Positions 19,235-30,019 of a stretch of DNA of 64,000 nt are shown here, one piece after another. Below the pieces are notes generated by a model. That model worked only from the letters and a program-made list of their open reading frames with translations. It was not told where the DNA came from and ran no database searches. The DNA lies in contig CAZZNV010000006.1 in the NCBI GenBank assembly GCA_964655915.1, positions 9,256-73,255 of the forward strand, given 5' to 3'. Made by a program: the position numbers and the translations under genes. Origin of the DNA: an uncultured Azospirillaceae bacterium (GTDB taxonomy: Bacteria; Pseudomonadota; Alphaproteobacteria; RF32; CAG-239). Each line of letters starts with the position of its first letter. Position 1 is the first letter of the stretch.

Positions 19235-21913
19235 ATGTTTCACATATTAAAGATATTAATTTTTTGCGTGTTAATTAACATTCCTGCCGCTTTAGCGCAA
19301 GATGGACGGGGTAAGATTACTTTTGATTTTCTTCCCGAGGAGCAAACCCCGGATTATGAAAAAATTGTCGGTCAATATCTGGAAGATATAAAAAAGTATA
19401 ATCAAAAATATCCGGGAACATTAATCGAGGAAGATTTTATAGATGATATTCTGGAAAATCACACCGATTATAGTTTTAAGGTGGCGGGGTATAATGAGAA
19501 GGCGATTCGCTTAGGAGTTCGTTCTGTTCGTTTATACGAAGCAATAAAAGAAAAAATTCAGGAATTTTTGCTGGATACGGAACTTCCCATAATTGTAACG
19601 GAAGATCAAATCGCAACGAGCGAGATGCAACCTTATCAGGAAAATGATAAACCTCTTATTCTGCAAGATTTTAAAAAAGTCGTAGCCTATTCTCCAGAAG
19701 AAAAAGACCAGCTTGCCGTCAAAAATCTCAATAATATAAAAATGTACGGACAAAGCATTCCTGAACAAAAGGAAGCCATGAAAAAAGCTTTTATGGAAGG
19801 GGATTGGAAAACCTTTTTCAGTTACGGATTGTTTGGTAAAGCGCTTCCGGAAAAAAAGGAAGGCATCTCAGAATGGGAGAATACAAAACTGTTTCGCGGG
19901 CGATTACTGTCCCACAAAACCAAAATCGGAGAAGATGGAAAGGTCAAAGGAGCTTTGCAGCTTTCCGGCGTAATAAACCACATCTTATTAGATGAAAAAT
20001 TTATGCAATATAAGCCGATGTCTATTAATTTTGAGGGATCGGAAAATTTAAAGCAGATTAAGATAAACAAACCTTTGCCTCGACGTTTTAGCATAAAAGA
20101 AAACACAATGATAGGATACGACAGTGAGATATTCGTTCCTTTTGATGCTGAGGTGGAAGATAAAAAGCAGCCTTTGGTGCTAACCGCAAATATCCAAGGT
20201 GTTGTTTGCAATAAAAATGTCTGTGAGACGCAGATAATATCGCCACAATTAGAACTAGCTGCCGGAGAGGGAGAAGAAACATCAGTTTCAAGTTACCTGA
20301 ATTTGGTTGATATGTATGCGGTTCAGGAAGACAGTGAGAAAATAAAGTTTGACGGATTGTTTGTTGAAAATAATGCCACGGAGGGTATTGAGCCGATATT
20401 GCGCCTTCATCTGAAAGCAAAAGAGGCTGTTTCAGAATTTGATGCATTTATTCAAGGAACAGAAGGTTTAGACTTCTACTCTCCCCTTATTAGTATTGAT
20501 AACAGGAATATTATTGTTCGCTTTAAGGCTAAGTCTGCCGGAGCAGATATTGTCGACAAAACTTTTAACATCGCGGTACGATTAAATAAAATAAATTCGG
20601 TTCGTAAAAATATCAAAGCCAAGAATTTGTCTTTGTTCGATACAGATAGTGGAAAACTTTCATTAGGAATGATTGGTCTGGCTTTTTTAGGAGGGCTGTT
20701 GCTCAATTTTATGCCCTGTGTTTTTCCCGTTCTGTCACTCAAGTTGCTGACTTTTACCAAGTTTGGAAAATTAAAGTTTGAGGAAATCCGGCAAAGTTTC
20801 CTGCTCAATATTTTAGGAATAACCGTGTCGTTTACGATCTTAACGGGAGCGTTGATTGTTCTAAAAGTCTTAGGCAATTCTATCGGCTGGGGAATGCAGT
20901 TTCAAAATGTTTATTTTTTGGGTTTTATGATATTTGTCGTCACTGTTTTTCTTGCTCATGTTTTGGGAATTATACATTTTAACGCACCGGATGCTGTTAC
21001 AAAGATATTTATAAAGCGCCGGTTTTCAGAAAAAATGCTTCATTTTTTGACAGGTTTTTTTGTTGTTTTATTGTCCACGCCATGCACAGCGCCTTATTTG
21101 GGAACGGCCGTTGGTTTTGCTCTTTCGGGAACATTGACGGACTTGTCCATCATTATGGCGGCCGTTTGCTGTGGTTTAAGTGTTCCTTATGCCGTGTTTG
21201 CGGCTTTTCCTAAAGTGGCATATTATATTCCCCAACCCGGAAGATGGATGATAAGAGTCAGTCGTTTTATGACATTGATGCTTATACTGACACTAGTATG
21301 GCTGTTTAACATCTTATACGCTCAAACATCAGGTGTTTTGGTAGCAAAATTTGTTGGTATTGTCTTTCTGTTTTTACTACTCTTATGGCTCAGGAAAGTT
21401 TTATTAAATATTGCGACTCAGCAAGACGAAACAGAAGAAGAAATTAGGCACATGCATCGTTCCCTGAACATATTTTTCGGTGTTTTATTCGCGGGTGTCA
21501 TTTGGTGGGGATTATCTATGGCATCGCAAGATTATGCCCGTCATCGGAAGATAAGGGAGGAATTCTACAAGTATGATGCCGGCATAATTGATGATGTGAC
21601 ATCTTTGTTGGAAACGGGAAGCGCCGTACTGGTTCGCATTGGTGCGGATTGGTGTTTGACCTGCAAATATAATGACGTTTTTGTTTTTAATGGCCAAGCT
21701 ATGGAAAATTTCTTATCAAACAGTGGTGTGCATGTTATCGACATCGACTGGACAAACTACGATGAAGAAGTTCTGAAGTTTATGGAAAAGTATGGCCGAA
21801 GAGGGCTGCCGTTTTATATTTTATTCACCAAACGCATACCAGAAGGTATTGTTCTTCCTGAAGTTATAGATAGTATGGATTTCACAAGTTTAATAAAAAA
21901 TGTGAATTATTAA
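19235..21913 (+). CDS. Protein-disulfide reductase DsbD family, with long N-terminal extension
   Basis: LLNFMPCVFPVL and TPCTAPYLG transmembrane cysteine motifs; C-terminal thioredoxin ADWCLTC. Confidence 0.9.
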   Translation: MFHILKILIFCVLINIPAALAQDGRGKITFDFLPEEQTPDYEKIVGQYLEDIKKYNQKYPGTLIEEDFIDDILENHTDYSFKVAGYNEKAIRLGVRSVRLYEAIKEKIQEFLLDTELPIIVTEDQIATSEMQPYQENDKPLILQDFKKVVAYSPEEKDQLAVKNLNNIKMYGQSIPEQKEAMKKAFMEGDWKTFFSYGLFGKALPEKKEGISEWENTKLFRGRLLSHKTKIGEDGKVKGALQLSGVINHILLDEKFMQYKPMSINFEGSENLKQIKINKPLPRRFSIKENTMIGYDSEIFVPFDAEVEDKKQPLVLTANIQGVVCNKNVCETQIISPQLELAAGEGEETSVSSYLNLVDMYAVQEDSEKIKFDGLFVENNATEGIEPILRLHLKAKEAVSEFDAFIQGTEGLDFYSPLISIDNRNIIVRFKAKSAGADIVDKTFNIAVRLNKINSVRKNIKAKNLSLFDTDSGKLSLGMIGLAFLGGLLLNFMPCVFPVLSLKLLTFTKFGKLKFEEIRQSFLLNILGITVSFTILTGALIVLKVLGNSIGWGMQFQNVYFLGFMIFVVTVFLAHVLGIIHFNAPDAVTKIFIKRRFSEKMLHFLTGFFVVLLSTPCTAPYLGTAVGFALSGTLTDLSIIMAAVCCGLSVPYAVFAAFPKVAYYIPQPGRWMIRVSRFMTLMLILTLVWLFNILYAQTSGVLVAKFVGIVFLFLLLLWLRKVLLNIATQQDETEEEIRHMHRSLNIFFGVLFAGVIWWGLSMASQDYARHRKIREEFYKYDAGIIDDVTSLLETGSAVLVRIGADWCLTCKYNDVFVFNGQAMENFLSNSGVHVIDIDWTNYDEEVLKFMEKYGRRGLPFYILFTKRIPEGIVLPEVIDSMDFTSLIKNVNY

Positions 21914-22698
21914 GCAGATTGCTTGGGCGAAAAAGAAACCAGGAATTTTTGTAAAAATCCTGGTTCACGTTTTTTTAATTCGCGGCAGATGTTCTTTCCC
22001 AGCCCTTTAGCTTTTGCTGTTTTACAAATATCGCCCCCTTGAGTTATGATGTTTTCCGCTTGGAGGCCGAAAATTCCTTCCTCAGTGTAAGGAAGATGCT
22101 CCAAGTCAATTTTCCCTTTATAGTAACAAAATACTTTTTTAGCGGTCAATCGGCTAAAATCAGGGAGTTTTGATGCATTTGGAATTCTAAAAGTTCCGTT
22201 GTAGACGTATTTATCGCCGCGTTTTTGCATCTTACAGGCATTATGTGTTACATATTCATCAAGACTTGTTGTTGTCAGAGATGTTTTCACTCCTTTCTGA
22301 GTGCGGGGAAGATAGCGATATTTAGTAATTAATCCCTCTTCAACCGAGGCGCTAGTTGCTTCAACATCACTCCAGTCTAGGCCGGATTTAACGCGTTTAT
22401 CTATTATAAGGTTGCCGAGAAGATGAATAGTGCCATCTTTTTTATAAGATTTTTGATATACAATTTGGTGGGTTTCAATAAGATATTTGATAAATTCTTC
22501 TTTGGTATCAAACAGGGGACGTATTTTTTGTCTAGATAGCTGAGGAGGAGATAGGAGCAGAGACGGTTGGGCGGGGGGTGTATTTTTTAGGGAGTTGAAG
22601 AGATATGGGCACTTAGGAATGTCCGTTCGTTTATGGGCAGGATTACCTGTGACTATCGTCGGTGGAATCCTTCGTTCATCAAAAGACATATCAATCAC
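21910..22698 (-). CDS. Hypothetical protein with Pro-rich N-terminus and two degenerate internal repeats
   Basis: 262-aa ORF filling the gap between dsbD and rnhA; no recognised family. Confidence 0.65.
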   Translation of the reverse strand: MIDMSFDERRIPPTIVTGNPAHKRTDIPKCPYLFNSLKNTPPAQPSLLLSPPQLSRQKIRPLFDTKEEFIKYLIETHQIVYQKSYKKDGTIHLLGNLIIDKRVKSGLDWSDVEATSASVEEGLITKYRYLPRTQKGVKTSLTTTSLDEYVTHNACKMQKRGDKYVYNGTFRIPNASKLPDFSRLTAKKVFCYYKGKIDLEHLPYTEEGIFGLQAENIITQGGDICKTAKAKGLGKNICRELKKREPGFLQKFLVSFSPKQSA

Positions 22699-22767
22699 CG
22701 AAGTTGTTGTTTACTTAGAACTAGACAAACAATAACACTATATGTCTATTTTGGCAAGTATTTTTTT

Positions 22768-23217
22768 TTAATTTTCTTTGAAAGCAAGGTTTTTAGCCTG
22801 TTCGCGAGCAAGCTTATCAACTCGTTCATTTTCAGGATGTCCGTTATGCCCCTTAACCCAAACCCATTTAATCTGGTGTTTCTCAAGGAGCGAATCCAAT
22901 TCTTGCCACAATTCGATATTTTTAACGGGAGATTTTTTGTTAGTGGTTCGCCAACCGTTAAGCTTCCAGTTCGGCATCCATTGTAAAACGCCGTCCATAA
23001 CATAGCGACTGTCCGTGTAAAGCGTAACCTGACAAGAAACTTTAAGTGCCTTCAGAGCATTAATCACGGCAGAAAGCTCCATGCGGTTGTTTGTTGTCAT
23101 TTCTTCCCCGCCGGAAAGTTCTTTTTCTGTGGAGCCGCAACGCAAAATAACTCCCCAACCGCCGGCTCCGGGGTTTCCGGAGCAAGCTCCGTCTGTAAAA
23201 ATCTCAACACAAGGCAT
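22768..23217 (-). CDS. rnhA: Ribonuclease HI
   Basis: [28 protein letters not shown] and [15 protein letters not shown]. Confidence 0.97.
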   Translation of the reverse strand: MPCVEIFTDGACSGNPGAGGWGVILRCGSTEKELSGGEEMTTNNRMELSAVINALKALKVSCQVTLYTDSRYVMDGVLQWMPNWKLNGWRTTNKKSPVKNIELWQELDSLLEKHQIKWVWVKGHNGHPENERVDKLAREQAKNLAFKEN

Positions 23218-24287
23218 TAGTTTTCACCAATAAAATAATCGTTAAAAAACTCATTCAAAAGCAGGCTTTCTTCCTCCTCGCCACGAACAATTCGAGCAAC
23301 GAACGACCTTAATCTGTTTTTAGGGATATGAATACGAAAATCCCTCGGAGCCGCCTGATCGGCACCAACAACCCCCTCAAGAGTAAAGTCTTCATCAATG
23401 TAAGGAGAAAGTATAATTTCCGCGCTGCAAAATTTAAGAATTCCTCTCGGCGGCAGGCGAAGTTCCGGACGGGAAATCAAATTAAGCTGCCCTTCAATTC
23501 CGGGAATGGCCTCCATTTGATTATAGTTTAAAAAACGAACTTTATTAAGTTCTCCACCGGTTTCAAGCGTGCTACATGATAGGTAAATTTCTCGTGCAAT
23601 AACATTGCTGTCGTTAAGAGCTTGAAAAACAAAACTAATTTTAACATATTCTTTGGGCGGATTATCCATGCTTTGCGGATAGGGCATGTCAATTTCGTCG
23701 TTTTTCAAAATTTCAATTTTGCGATTACCGACTCTGAGAGCCACATTCGGTTGCGGGCGCTTACCAAACATACCGGCGATTACGGCATACGGAGCCGGAA
23801 CATTATTGGAGCCGGAACGAATATAAATAGTGCTGTTTGTTGTCGTCATTAAAGGCGCAATTTCAGATTTCGGAATATAAGTGGCAACAAAGCCATCACC
23901 GTTTTCGTCGCAACTGACAATATGGTTGCGCACTTTATTATGACTGGGGATTGTACAACCTGAAATGGCATTTTCCAACCAGCTTAAAAAGCGGTGTACG
24001 TTTTTGACTTTGACCTTGGCTTTTGCTACATCGCCGATTTCAATATCTCTGGAGCATTCCACCCCCCAAAGCACAACCCCGCCTTCGGAATTACCAAACC
24101 CTGAGATGGCTTTGGCAAGATTTTTGCGGTCATCACGATGAAGAGTGGTGAAGTTTTTTCCGGTTGATACGGCTTGTTTAAAATCCAAGAAGAGCTCTTC
24201 GGTCTGTTGCGTAAGGATAAACTCGTCAATAGCATCTTCACCGAAATAAATTAACTTTTGAAAAATATCTTCCGCGCGCGACATCAC
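23217..24287 (-). CDS. Schlafen/AlbA_2-domain protein
   Basis: [33 protein letters not shown] and [10 protein letters not shown] are AlbA_2 hallmarks; C-terminal domain unrecognised. Confidence 0.85.
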   Translation of the reverse strand: MMSRAEDIFQKLIYFGEDAIDEFILTQQTEELFLDFKQAVSTGKNFTTLHRDDRKNLAKAISGFGNSEGGVVLWGVECSRDIEIGDVAKAKVKVKNVHRFLSWLENAISGCTIPSHNKVRNHIVSCDENGDGFVATYIPKSEIAPLMTTTNSTIYIRSGSNNVPAPYAVIAGMFGKRPQPNVALRVGNRKIEILKNDEIDMPYPQSMDNPPKEYVKISFVFQALNDSNVIAREIYLSCSTLETGGELNKVRFLNYNQMEAIPGIEGQLNLISRPELRLPPRGILKFCSAEIILSPYIDEDFTLEGVVGADQAAPRDFRIHIPKNRLRSFVARIVRGEEEESLLLNEFFNDYFIGEN

Positions 24288-24300
24288 ATTCTCCCATTAA

Positions 24301-25227
24301 TCAGGATTTAAACCGAACATGCTCTTCAGCAACAATAATATCATAAAAGTTTAGTTTTGGGAAGGTGTCTTTCAATTTTGCCAAAAGCTCACCGACAAGA
24401 TACTCCGGAGCAGAGGCGCCCGCGCTCACGCCCAAATTTTCAACCCCGTCAAGCAACCCAAAATCAAAACTATCAACATCATCTGCCAACCAAGCCTGTC
24501 GCGCGCCACAATCCAGAGCCGTGCGAGCCAATTGTTTGGAATTGGAAGAGTTTTTCGAGCCGATAACTAGTACTGCATCGCAGTGTTTTACCAGTTCTTT
24601 GACCGCTGTTTGTCGATGAGTTGTGGCGTAGCAAATGTCGTTTTTGTCAGCAGTTAACAAGTGAGGTGCTTTTTTACGGATTATGGAAACGATTTTTTCC
24701 GCTTCGCTGAGAGAAAGCGTTGTTTGCGTTACTATTCCGACCGGAACATTTTTAGGAAGCAATAAAGCTTCAGCTTCTTCTGCGGAAGAAACGACAACCA
24801 AAGGTGTCTGAGATGAAACTTGACCGACCGTTCCCTCTATTTCAGGGTGTTCTTTTTTACCCACGACAATAATAAAAGCCTTTTGTTGTTCAAGCTTTTT
24901 TATTTGCCGATGAACTCTTTCTACCAGCGGACATGTGGCATCAATAACCTTCAAGCCGAGTTTTTCAGCTTCTTCAAAGACATCAGATCCGGCGCCGTGG
25001 GCAGAAATAATAACCGGCCTCGTCGTGTCCTCAATTTCATCTAAATGGTCTACAAAAACAGCCCCTTTTTGTTTTAATTCTTCAACCACATGGCGATTAT
25101 GCACAATTTCATGCCTAACATAAACCGGCGCGCCAAACGAGGACAAAGTATCTTCCACAATAGACACCGCCCTTGTAACACCGGCGCAAAATCCTCGGGG
25201 CGATGCCAAAAAAACGTTTTTAAGCAT
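24301..25227 (-). CDS. ispH: 4-hydroxy-3-methylbut-2-enyl diphosphate reductase
   Basis: PRGFCAGV, IVHN, SAHG, DATCPLV, HPE, QTT, ICYAT, SSNS and AGASAP. Confidence 0.96.
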   Translation of the reverse strand: MLKNVFLASPRGFCAGVTRAVSIVEDTLSSFGAPVYVRHEIVHNRHVVEELKQKGAVFVDHLDEIEDTTRPVIISAHGAGSDVFEEAEKLGLKVIDATCPLVERVHRQIKKLEQQKAFIIVVGKKEHPEIEGTVGQVSSQTPLVVVSSAEEAEALLLPKNVPVGIVTQTTLSLSEAEKIVSIIRKKAPHLLTADKNDICYATTHRQTAVKELVKHCDAVLVIGSKNSSNSKQLARTALDCGARQAWLADDVDSFDFGLLDGVENLGVSAGASAPEYLVGELLAKLKDTFPKLNFYDIIVAEEHVRFKS

Positions 25228-25231
25228 ACGC

Positions 25232-26494
25232 TCAAGCCTTCAATAGTCGTTTTAGTTCGTCGTAATCGGCATAATCTTTAACTGCACCGAGCAAACCGTA
25301 CGTCGGTTCTGATTTGAAAACGGTGTGAGCCACACGGCAAACATCGTCAAGTGTAACATTGTCAATTCGCTCAACCATCTCATCAATAGGAATAATCCGC
25401 TTGAAAATGAGTAATTGTCGAGCCAAGATTTCCGCGGTCGCAGAAGAGCTTTCCAATGACATTAACATACTGGCTTTGAGTTGTATCTTTGCGCGAGCCA
25501 ACTCTTTCTCCGTCGCTTTGGTGTCGCAAATCTTTTTAATTTCATCAACAACAACAGGTAAAAGTTTTTTAACTTCATCAGGCCCTGTTCCGGCATAAAT
25601 TCCCAAAACTCCGCTTTGCGTGTAAGACGATGTAAAACTATACACAGTATAAACCAGTCCGCGTTTTTCACGAATTTCTTGAAACAGACGAGATGACATG
25701 CCGCCGCCTAAAATTGTAGAAAGCAAAACCGCCGGGTAATAGTCCTCGGTCGCATATTTAAAACCGTTAAATCCCAAAGTGATGTGAGCCTGCTCAATTT
25801 TACGTTTTTCAACAAAAAAGCCTCCCTTATATTCCTGCTTTTCGATGGAAAAATGAGATGAGGGCTGAATATCGCTCATTCGAGATTGAATCATATTTTT
25901 AAACTGCTCATGCGTAATATTTCCGACGGCACAGGCCACCATGTTTTCACCGGCGTAATTGCTTTGCAGATATTCTTGCAAAGTTTCTCGGGTAAAACTC
26001 CGCACATTATCCACGGGGCCCAAAATTGTTCGCCCGATAGGTTGCTCCGGAAAAGCTTTTTCTTGGAAATAATCAAAAACAACATCATCAGGAGTATCAA
26101 TAGTTTGCTTAATTTCCTGAACAACAACTTCGCGCTCCTTTTTTAATTCATCTTCCGGAAAAGTTGAGTTCTTCAGCGTGTCGGCCAACACATCAATCGC
26201 AAGTTCGGCGTCATCTTTAAGCATTTTAGCGTAAAAAGCCGTAAATTCACGAGATGTGTAAGCGTTTGACTGCCCGCCCTTATCTTCAATTTCTTCTGAA
26301 ATCTGGAGTGCTGATCGTTTTTTTGTTCCCTTAAAAGCCATGTGCTCCAAAAAATGAGAGATTCCGTTTACCTCCTTACGCTCATACGCGGCACCGGTGT
26401 TGACCCAAACACCCAGAGAAACCGTTTCCGTCTGCGGACGTGAAGATGTTATAATTCTAAGCCCGTTAGAAAGAGTAGATATTTCAGATTGCAT
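25232..26494 (-). CDS. M16 (pitrilysin) family peptidase
   Basis: Inverted zinc motif HFLEHMAFKGT, NAYTS and GGGMSSRLFQEIREKRGL.Y. Confidence 0.93.
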   Translation of the reverse strand: MQSEISTLSNGLRIITSSRPQTETVSLGVWVNTGAAYERKEVNGISHFLEHMAFKGTKKRSALQISEEIEDKGGQSNAYTSREFTAFYAKMLKDDAELAIDVLADTLKNSTFPEDELKKEREVVVQEIKQTIDTPDDVVFDYFQEKAFPEQPIGRTILGPVDNVRSFTRETLQEYLQSNYAGENMVACAVGNITHEQFKNMIQSRMSDIQPSSHFSIEKQEYKGGFFVEKRKIEQAHITLGFNGFKYATEDYYPAVLLSTILGGGMSSRLFQEIREKRGLVYTVYSFTSSYTQSGVLGIYAGTGPDEVKKLLPVVVDEIKKICDTKATEKELARAKIQLKASMLMSLESSSATAEILARQLLIFKRIIPIDEMVERIDNVTLDDVCRVAHTVFKSEPTYGLLGAVKDYADYDELKRLLKA

Positions 26495-26579
26495 ATATTT
26501 AATCCATCTTGTTGCAAATTTATATTATTCTATATAGACTATGTTATAACATAAAAAAGTAATTAGGGAAGGTATAAAA

Positions 26580-27269
26580 ATGAATAGTAACAACACCCCT
26601 CGTTTTGCCGTTGTGCTGTCCGGATGCGGCGTTTTTGATGGTTCTGAAATTCATGAGGCCGTATGTACCATGCTGGCAATTGAACAGATTGGATGTGAGT
26701 ACCAGTGTTTTGCTCCAAACACGTGGCAAGCTCGCACAATTGATCATTTTACAGGGCATGCTGTTGCTATTGCCGGAGATGAAGATAACCGTAATGTTTT
26801 GGCTGAATCCGCCCGAATTGCCAGAGGAAACGTCAAAGATTTATCCGAGTTTAAGGCATCAGAGTTTAATGCAATCGTTTTTCCGGGAGGATTCGGAGCG
26901 GCTTTAAATCTGAGTGATTTTGCCGTCAAAGGAGCAGAATGCGATATTAATACGGAGGTTCGCCGTGCTATTGAGGAGAGTTACAACGAAGGAATTGTTA
27001 TCGGGGCGATGTGTATTGCTCCTGTCGTAATAGCCAGAGTTTTGGGTAAGCATAGTGTCAAAGTTACCGTCGGAAATGATAAAACCGTTGCGGCAGGGTT
27101 AGCAAAAATGGGAGCAGAGGCCGAAACATGCGCGGCTACGGATGTCTGTGTCGATTCGGAAAACAAGGTGGTTACAACACCTTGCTACATGCTTGCCAAA
27201 TCATTACGAGAAATTTGCGAAGGAACGCGCAACCTTATTGATGAAATGTTGGAGTTGATGGATTATTAA
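26580..27269 (+). CDS. elbB: Glyoxalase ElbB (DJ-1/PfpI family)
   Basis: LSGCGVFDGSEIHE, RNVL.ESARIARG, PGGFGAA.NL, CIAP and TTP.YM. Confidence 0.92.
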   Translation: MNSNNTPRFAVVLSGCGVFDGSEIHEAVCTMLAIEQIGCEYQCFAPNTWQARTIDHFTGHAVAIAGDEDNRNVLAESARIARGNVKDLSEFKASEFNAIVFPGGFGAALNLSDFAVKGAECDINTEVRRAIEESYNEGIVIGAMCIAPVVIARVLGKHSVKVTVGNDKTVAAGLAKMGAEAETCAATDVCVDSENKVVTTPCYMLAKSLREICEGTRNLIDEMLELMDY

Positions 27270-28342
27270 GCCTTTAAAGCACATCTAACAGCGCGTTCAG
27301 CCGATAATATGGCCGTTTCTATGCAACACGGATAGTCTTTCATTGTCCAGTCGCCGGCAATAAACATATTTTTATAAGGTGTTGAAGCTTTCGTCGGACG
27401 CTTGTTGTTGTTTTCATCATTTTGACAAAGAGTTGCCCTTTTGTGGTGCAATACTTTGAAAGGGGGAACAAAGGCCGAATTTACTCCGCGTAAAATATCA
27501 AGCTGTTTCCATATATTGCGTGCCAAATCTTCCATATTTTGATTTCCGTCTTTAACATCGGAAATCGTCACCCCAAGAATATTTCCGCTCACAAAAATCC
27601 AATCGCATAAGCCATGCGCCACTCCCATAAAAGAAGCCAGACGAGGCAAATGAATAGGTTGTGAAGTGTGATAAAAAATATTTATGATGCTGTTATATTC
27701 AAATTGCTCTATATCCAAAAAAGTTGCAGAATTTTTGGCATCCAGTGCCAAAATTATCTTATCGTTAGCGCCGATTTCCACCTGACGATTACTAAAATCA
27801 AGTTGAGCAACTCTACCGAACTGGGTTTCCAATTTTATCAAACGACACCCTGTATAAACCTTGTCGGCAAACGTGAGCAAGGGATTGATAATGGTTTGAG
27901 TGATGTTGTTTTCCGAAAAATAAATATGACGTTGATATTGAGCCCACGGGAACAATTCCCAAAAAATTTTTTTAATGATTTTTGGGGAAATCTTATCAGC
28001 TTGCGTGTTGCACATAGACTTCAAAATTTCAGGTCTGAAATCTTTAAGCTTATCGGAAACAATATCCTTTTCCGCATTCCAAAACAGGCAAGTTTTAAGC
28101 CATTTGGAAGGAGCGACTAACTTGGCGGCTCTTTTGTTGCCTTTCAAAATAACGTGCGTGGCGTTGTCTAAATAAACATTGAAATTGCTATCTTTATATG
28201 AATAACAACGCCCGCCGGCATGCTCGGCAGCCTCATACACAATAACCCGACAATTAGGAGCTTTTTGCTTAAGCAATTTGGCACAAGACAGTCCGGCAAT
28301 CCCTCCGCCGACAATATGATATGTGATGTTTTCTTGTTTCAT
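27266..28342 (-). CDS. hpnE: FAD-dependent oxidoreductase, hydroxysqualene dehydroxylase HpnE-like
   Basis: GGGIAGLS, EA...GGRC.SY.D, DNATH and AGDWT....P..IE.AI.S; follows hpnC-hpnD. Confidence 0.8.
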   Translation of the reverse strand: MKQENITYHIVGGGIAGLSCAKLLKQKAPNCRVIVYEAAEHAGGRCYSYKDSNFNVYLDNATHVILKGNKRAAKLVAPSKWLKTCLFWNAEKDIVSDKLKDFRPEILKSMCNTQADKISPKIIKKIFWELFPWAQYQRHIYFSENNITQTIINPLLTFADKVYTGCRLIKLETQFGRVAQLDFSNRQVEIGANDKIILALDAKNSATFLDIEQFEYNSIINIFYHTSQPIHLPRLASFMGVAHGLCDWIFVSGNILGVTISDVKDGNQNMEDLARNIWKQLDILRGVNSAFVPPFKVLHHKRATLCQNDENNNKRPTKASTPYKNMFIAGDWTMKDYPCCIETAILSAERAVRCALKA

Positions 28343-29178
28343 TATTTTCCAGCAAATGCTTTAAGAGCCAAACAAAGTTTGGTTATTTTTCCAATATGGG
28401 GCTTAGGAGATATTATTTCCCATCCTCTTTTTTGCATTATGTCAAAATAGCGTTTGTAAACATAGGCGATGGCTTTAACGGGCTTAGCGGCTCGCTTATC
28501 CAGTTGTTTCAGCAAATCAAACGCTTTTTGGTAATCTTGAAGAGCTATTCCGGCAAGTGCGGCTCGAGCTACCGCAAAATTCTTATCAACCAAAACTTCT
28601 TCCGGATTTGTTGAGGTAATGCCGGCCTTTTGCAAAAATTCCCTCGGAATATAAAGTCTGTTATCTTTGGCATCATCTTTTACATCGCGAAGAATATTGG
28701 TAATTTGCAGAGCATTCCCCAAGGTGGTTGCCAAGTTTTCAATCAAATCCGTATCTTCGCAACCAAAAATGCGCAAAGACAAATTTCCCGGGACCCCCGC
28801 AACCCCGCGGCAATAATCATTAAACGTTTTCAGATCAGGAGCCTGCAACGGTTTGGGCAAATCCATCGAAATACTGTCCATCATCTTCAAAAATTCATTT
28901 TTGGGCAGTTTAAAACGCATACAATTCTTATAAATTTTTCGCCCGATATCCGTTTGAGGAAGCTTTCGATCATAAATATTGTCCAACTCCTCGCGCCAAG
29001 CCTTAATCAAGTCCATTTTTTCCTGAGTGGAGTTGTTGCCGTCAACAATATCATCCAAATGTCTGAAAAAAGCATAAATAGTGTACATTGCCGTACGCTT
29101 TTTATTGGGTAGCAATCTCATGCTCCAAAAAAAAGAAGTTCCTGATTTTTTTACCATTTTTTGAATGCTGTTATTCAT
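28342..29178 (-). CDS. hpnD: Presqualene diphosphate synthase HpnD-like
   Basis: SGTSFFWSMRLLP, DDIVD, YC.GVAG and LQITNILRDVKDD...RLYIP. Confidence 0.85.
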   Translation of the reverse strand: MNNSIQKMVKKSGTSFFWSMRLLPNKKRTAMYTIYAFFRHLDDIVDGNNSTQEKMDLIKAWREELDNIYDRKLPQTDIGRKIYKNCMRFKLPKNEFLKMMDSISMDLPKPLQAPDLKTFNDYCRGVAGVPGNLSLRIFGCEDTDLIENLATTLGNALQITNILRDVKDDAKDNRLYIPREFLQKAGITSTNPEEVLVDKNFAVARAALAGIALQDYQKAFDLLKQLDKRAAKPVKAIAYVYKRYFDIMQKRGWEIISPKPHIGKITKLCLALKAFAGK

Positions 29179-29188
29179 TGCAGTCCTG

Positions 29189-30019
29189 TTAAAAAATAAA
29201 TTTTAAACCGAAAACCCACGCTTTTACCCAATCAAGTTTAGAGAGTTTGACTTGGCAGCTCAGTATATCACACTTCTCCAACTTTTCTAGCATGGAATTG
29301 GTTAAAGAAAGAATAATACCAATCTCTATACGCAGTCTTCTGTTTCGAATTAAATAGGGTAATCTGTCCGTGTCTTTAGTCATGCCGCGCAGTCTGTTAA
29401 GGATTTCTTTTTTCAGAGCAGTAAAAGCAGGAATCTCTTTTGTCAGGTATAAGTCAGAATTTCGTACCTGAAATTCATTCATCATCTGTAACGGAAGATA
29501 GACGCGTTCGGCTGTAACAATATCATATTTCAAATCTTGTAAATGATTGGCAATCTGTAAAACCGAGCATAAGACCGCAGCCGGTAGATAGGTTGAAGGA
29601 TTTTCATTGCAGACGGCAAGCATAAAACGTCCGACCGGTACTGCGGAGTAGTTGCAATAGTCGGTAAGTTGTTCCCAAATTTCGGGTTGCTTGTTTTCAG
29701 CATCGCGGCGAAAGGCCTTAAGCAAATCCGCAAAAAGTGAAGCGTCCAAATTTTCTGCCGCAAAAAGTTTCCCTAAAGCAGAGGCGACAGGGAAATTGTC
29801 TTCGTTTTTTCCGTAAAAAGCCCGCTCGATTTCCAAAAGTTTTTCAAGCTTTTCTTCTCTGGAAAGATTACTGTTATCGGCAATATCGTCAGCCTGACGA
29901 GCGGCATTGTAATAAGCGGAAACCAAAGGGCGCAGTTTTTTTGAAACAAGTTTTTCAACCGGAAAATTTTCTTCGGCAGCTTGCTTGCAGCGTTGTTTAA
30001 TTATTTTGTTGCCAGCCAT
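29189..30019 (-). CDS. hpnC: Squalene synthase HpnC-like
   Basis: ENFPV, AR.ADDIAD, YC.YSA.PVGR and LQIANHLQD...D...RVYLP. Confidence 0.85.
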   Translation of the reverse strand: MAGNKIIKQRCKQAAEENFPVEKLVSKKLRPLVSAYYNAARQADDIADNSNLSREEKLEKLLEIERAFYGKNEDNFPVASALGKLFAAENLDASLFADLLKAFRRDAENKQPEIWEQLTDYCNYSAVPVGRFMLAVCNENPSTYLPAAVLCSVLQIANHLQDLKYDIVTAERVYLPLQMMNEFQVRNSDLYLTKEIPAFTALKKEILNRLRGMTKDTDRLPYLIRNRRLRIEIGIILSLTNSMLEKLEKCDILSCQVKLSKLDWVKAWVFGLKFIF

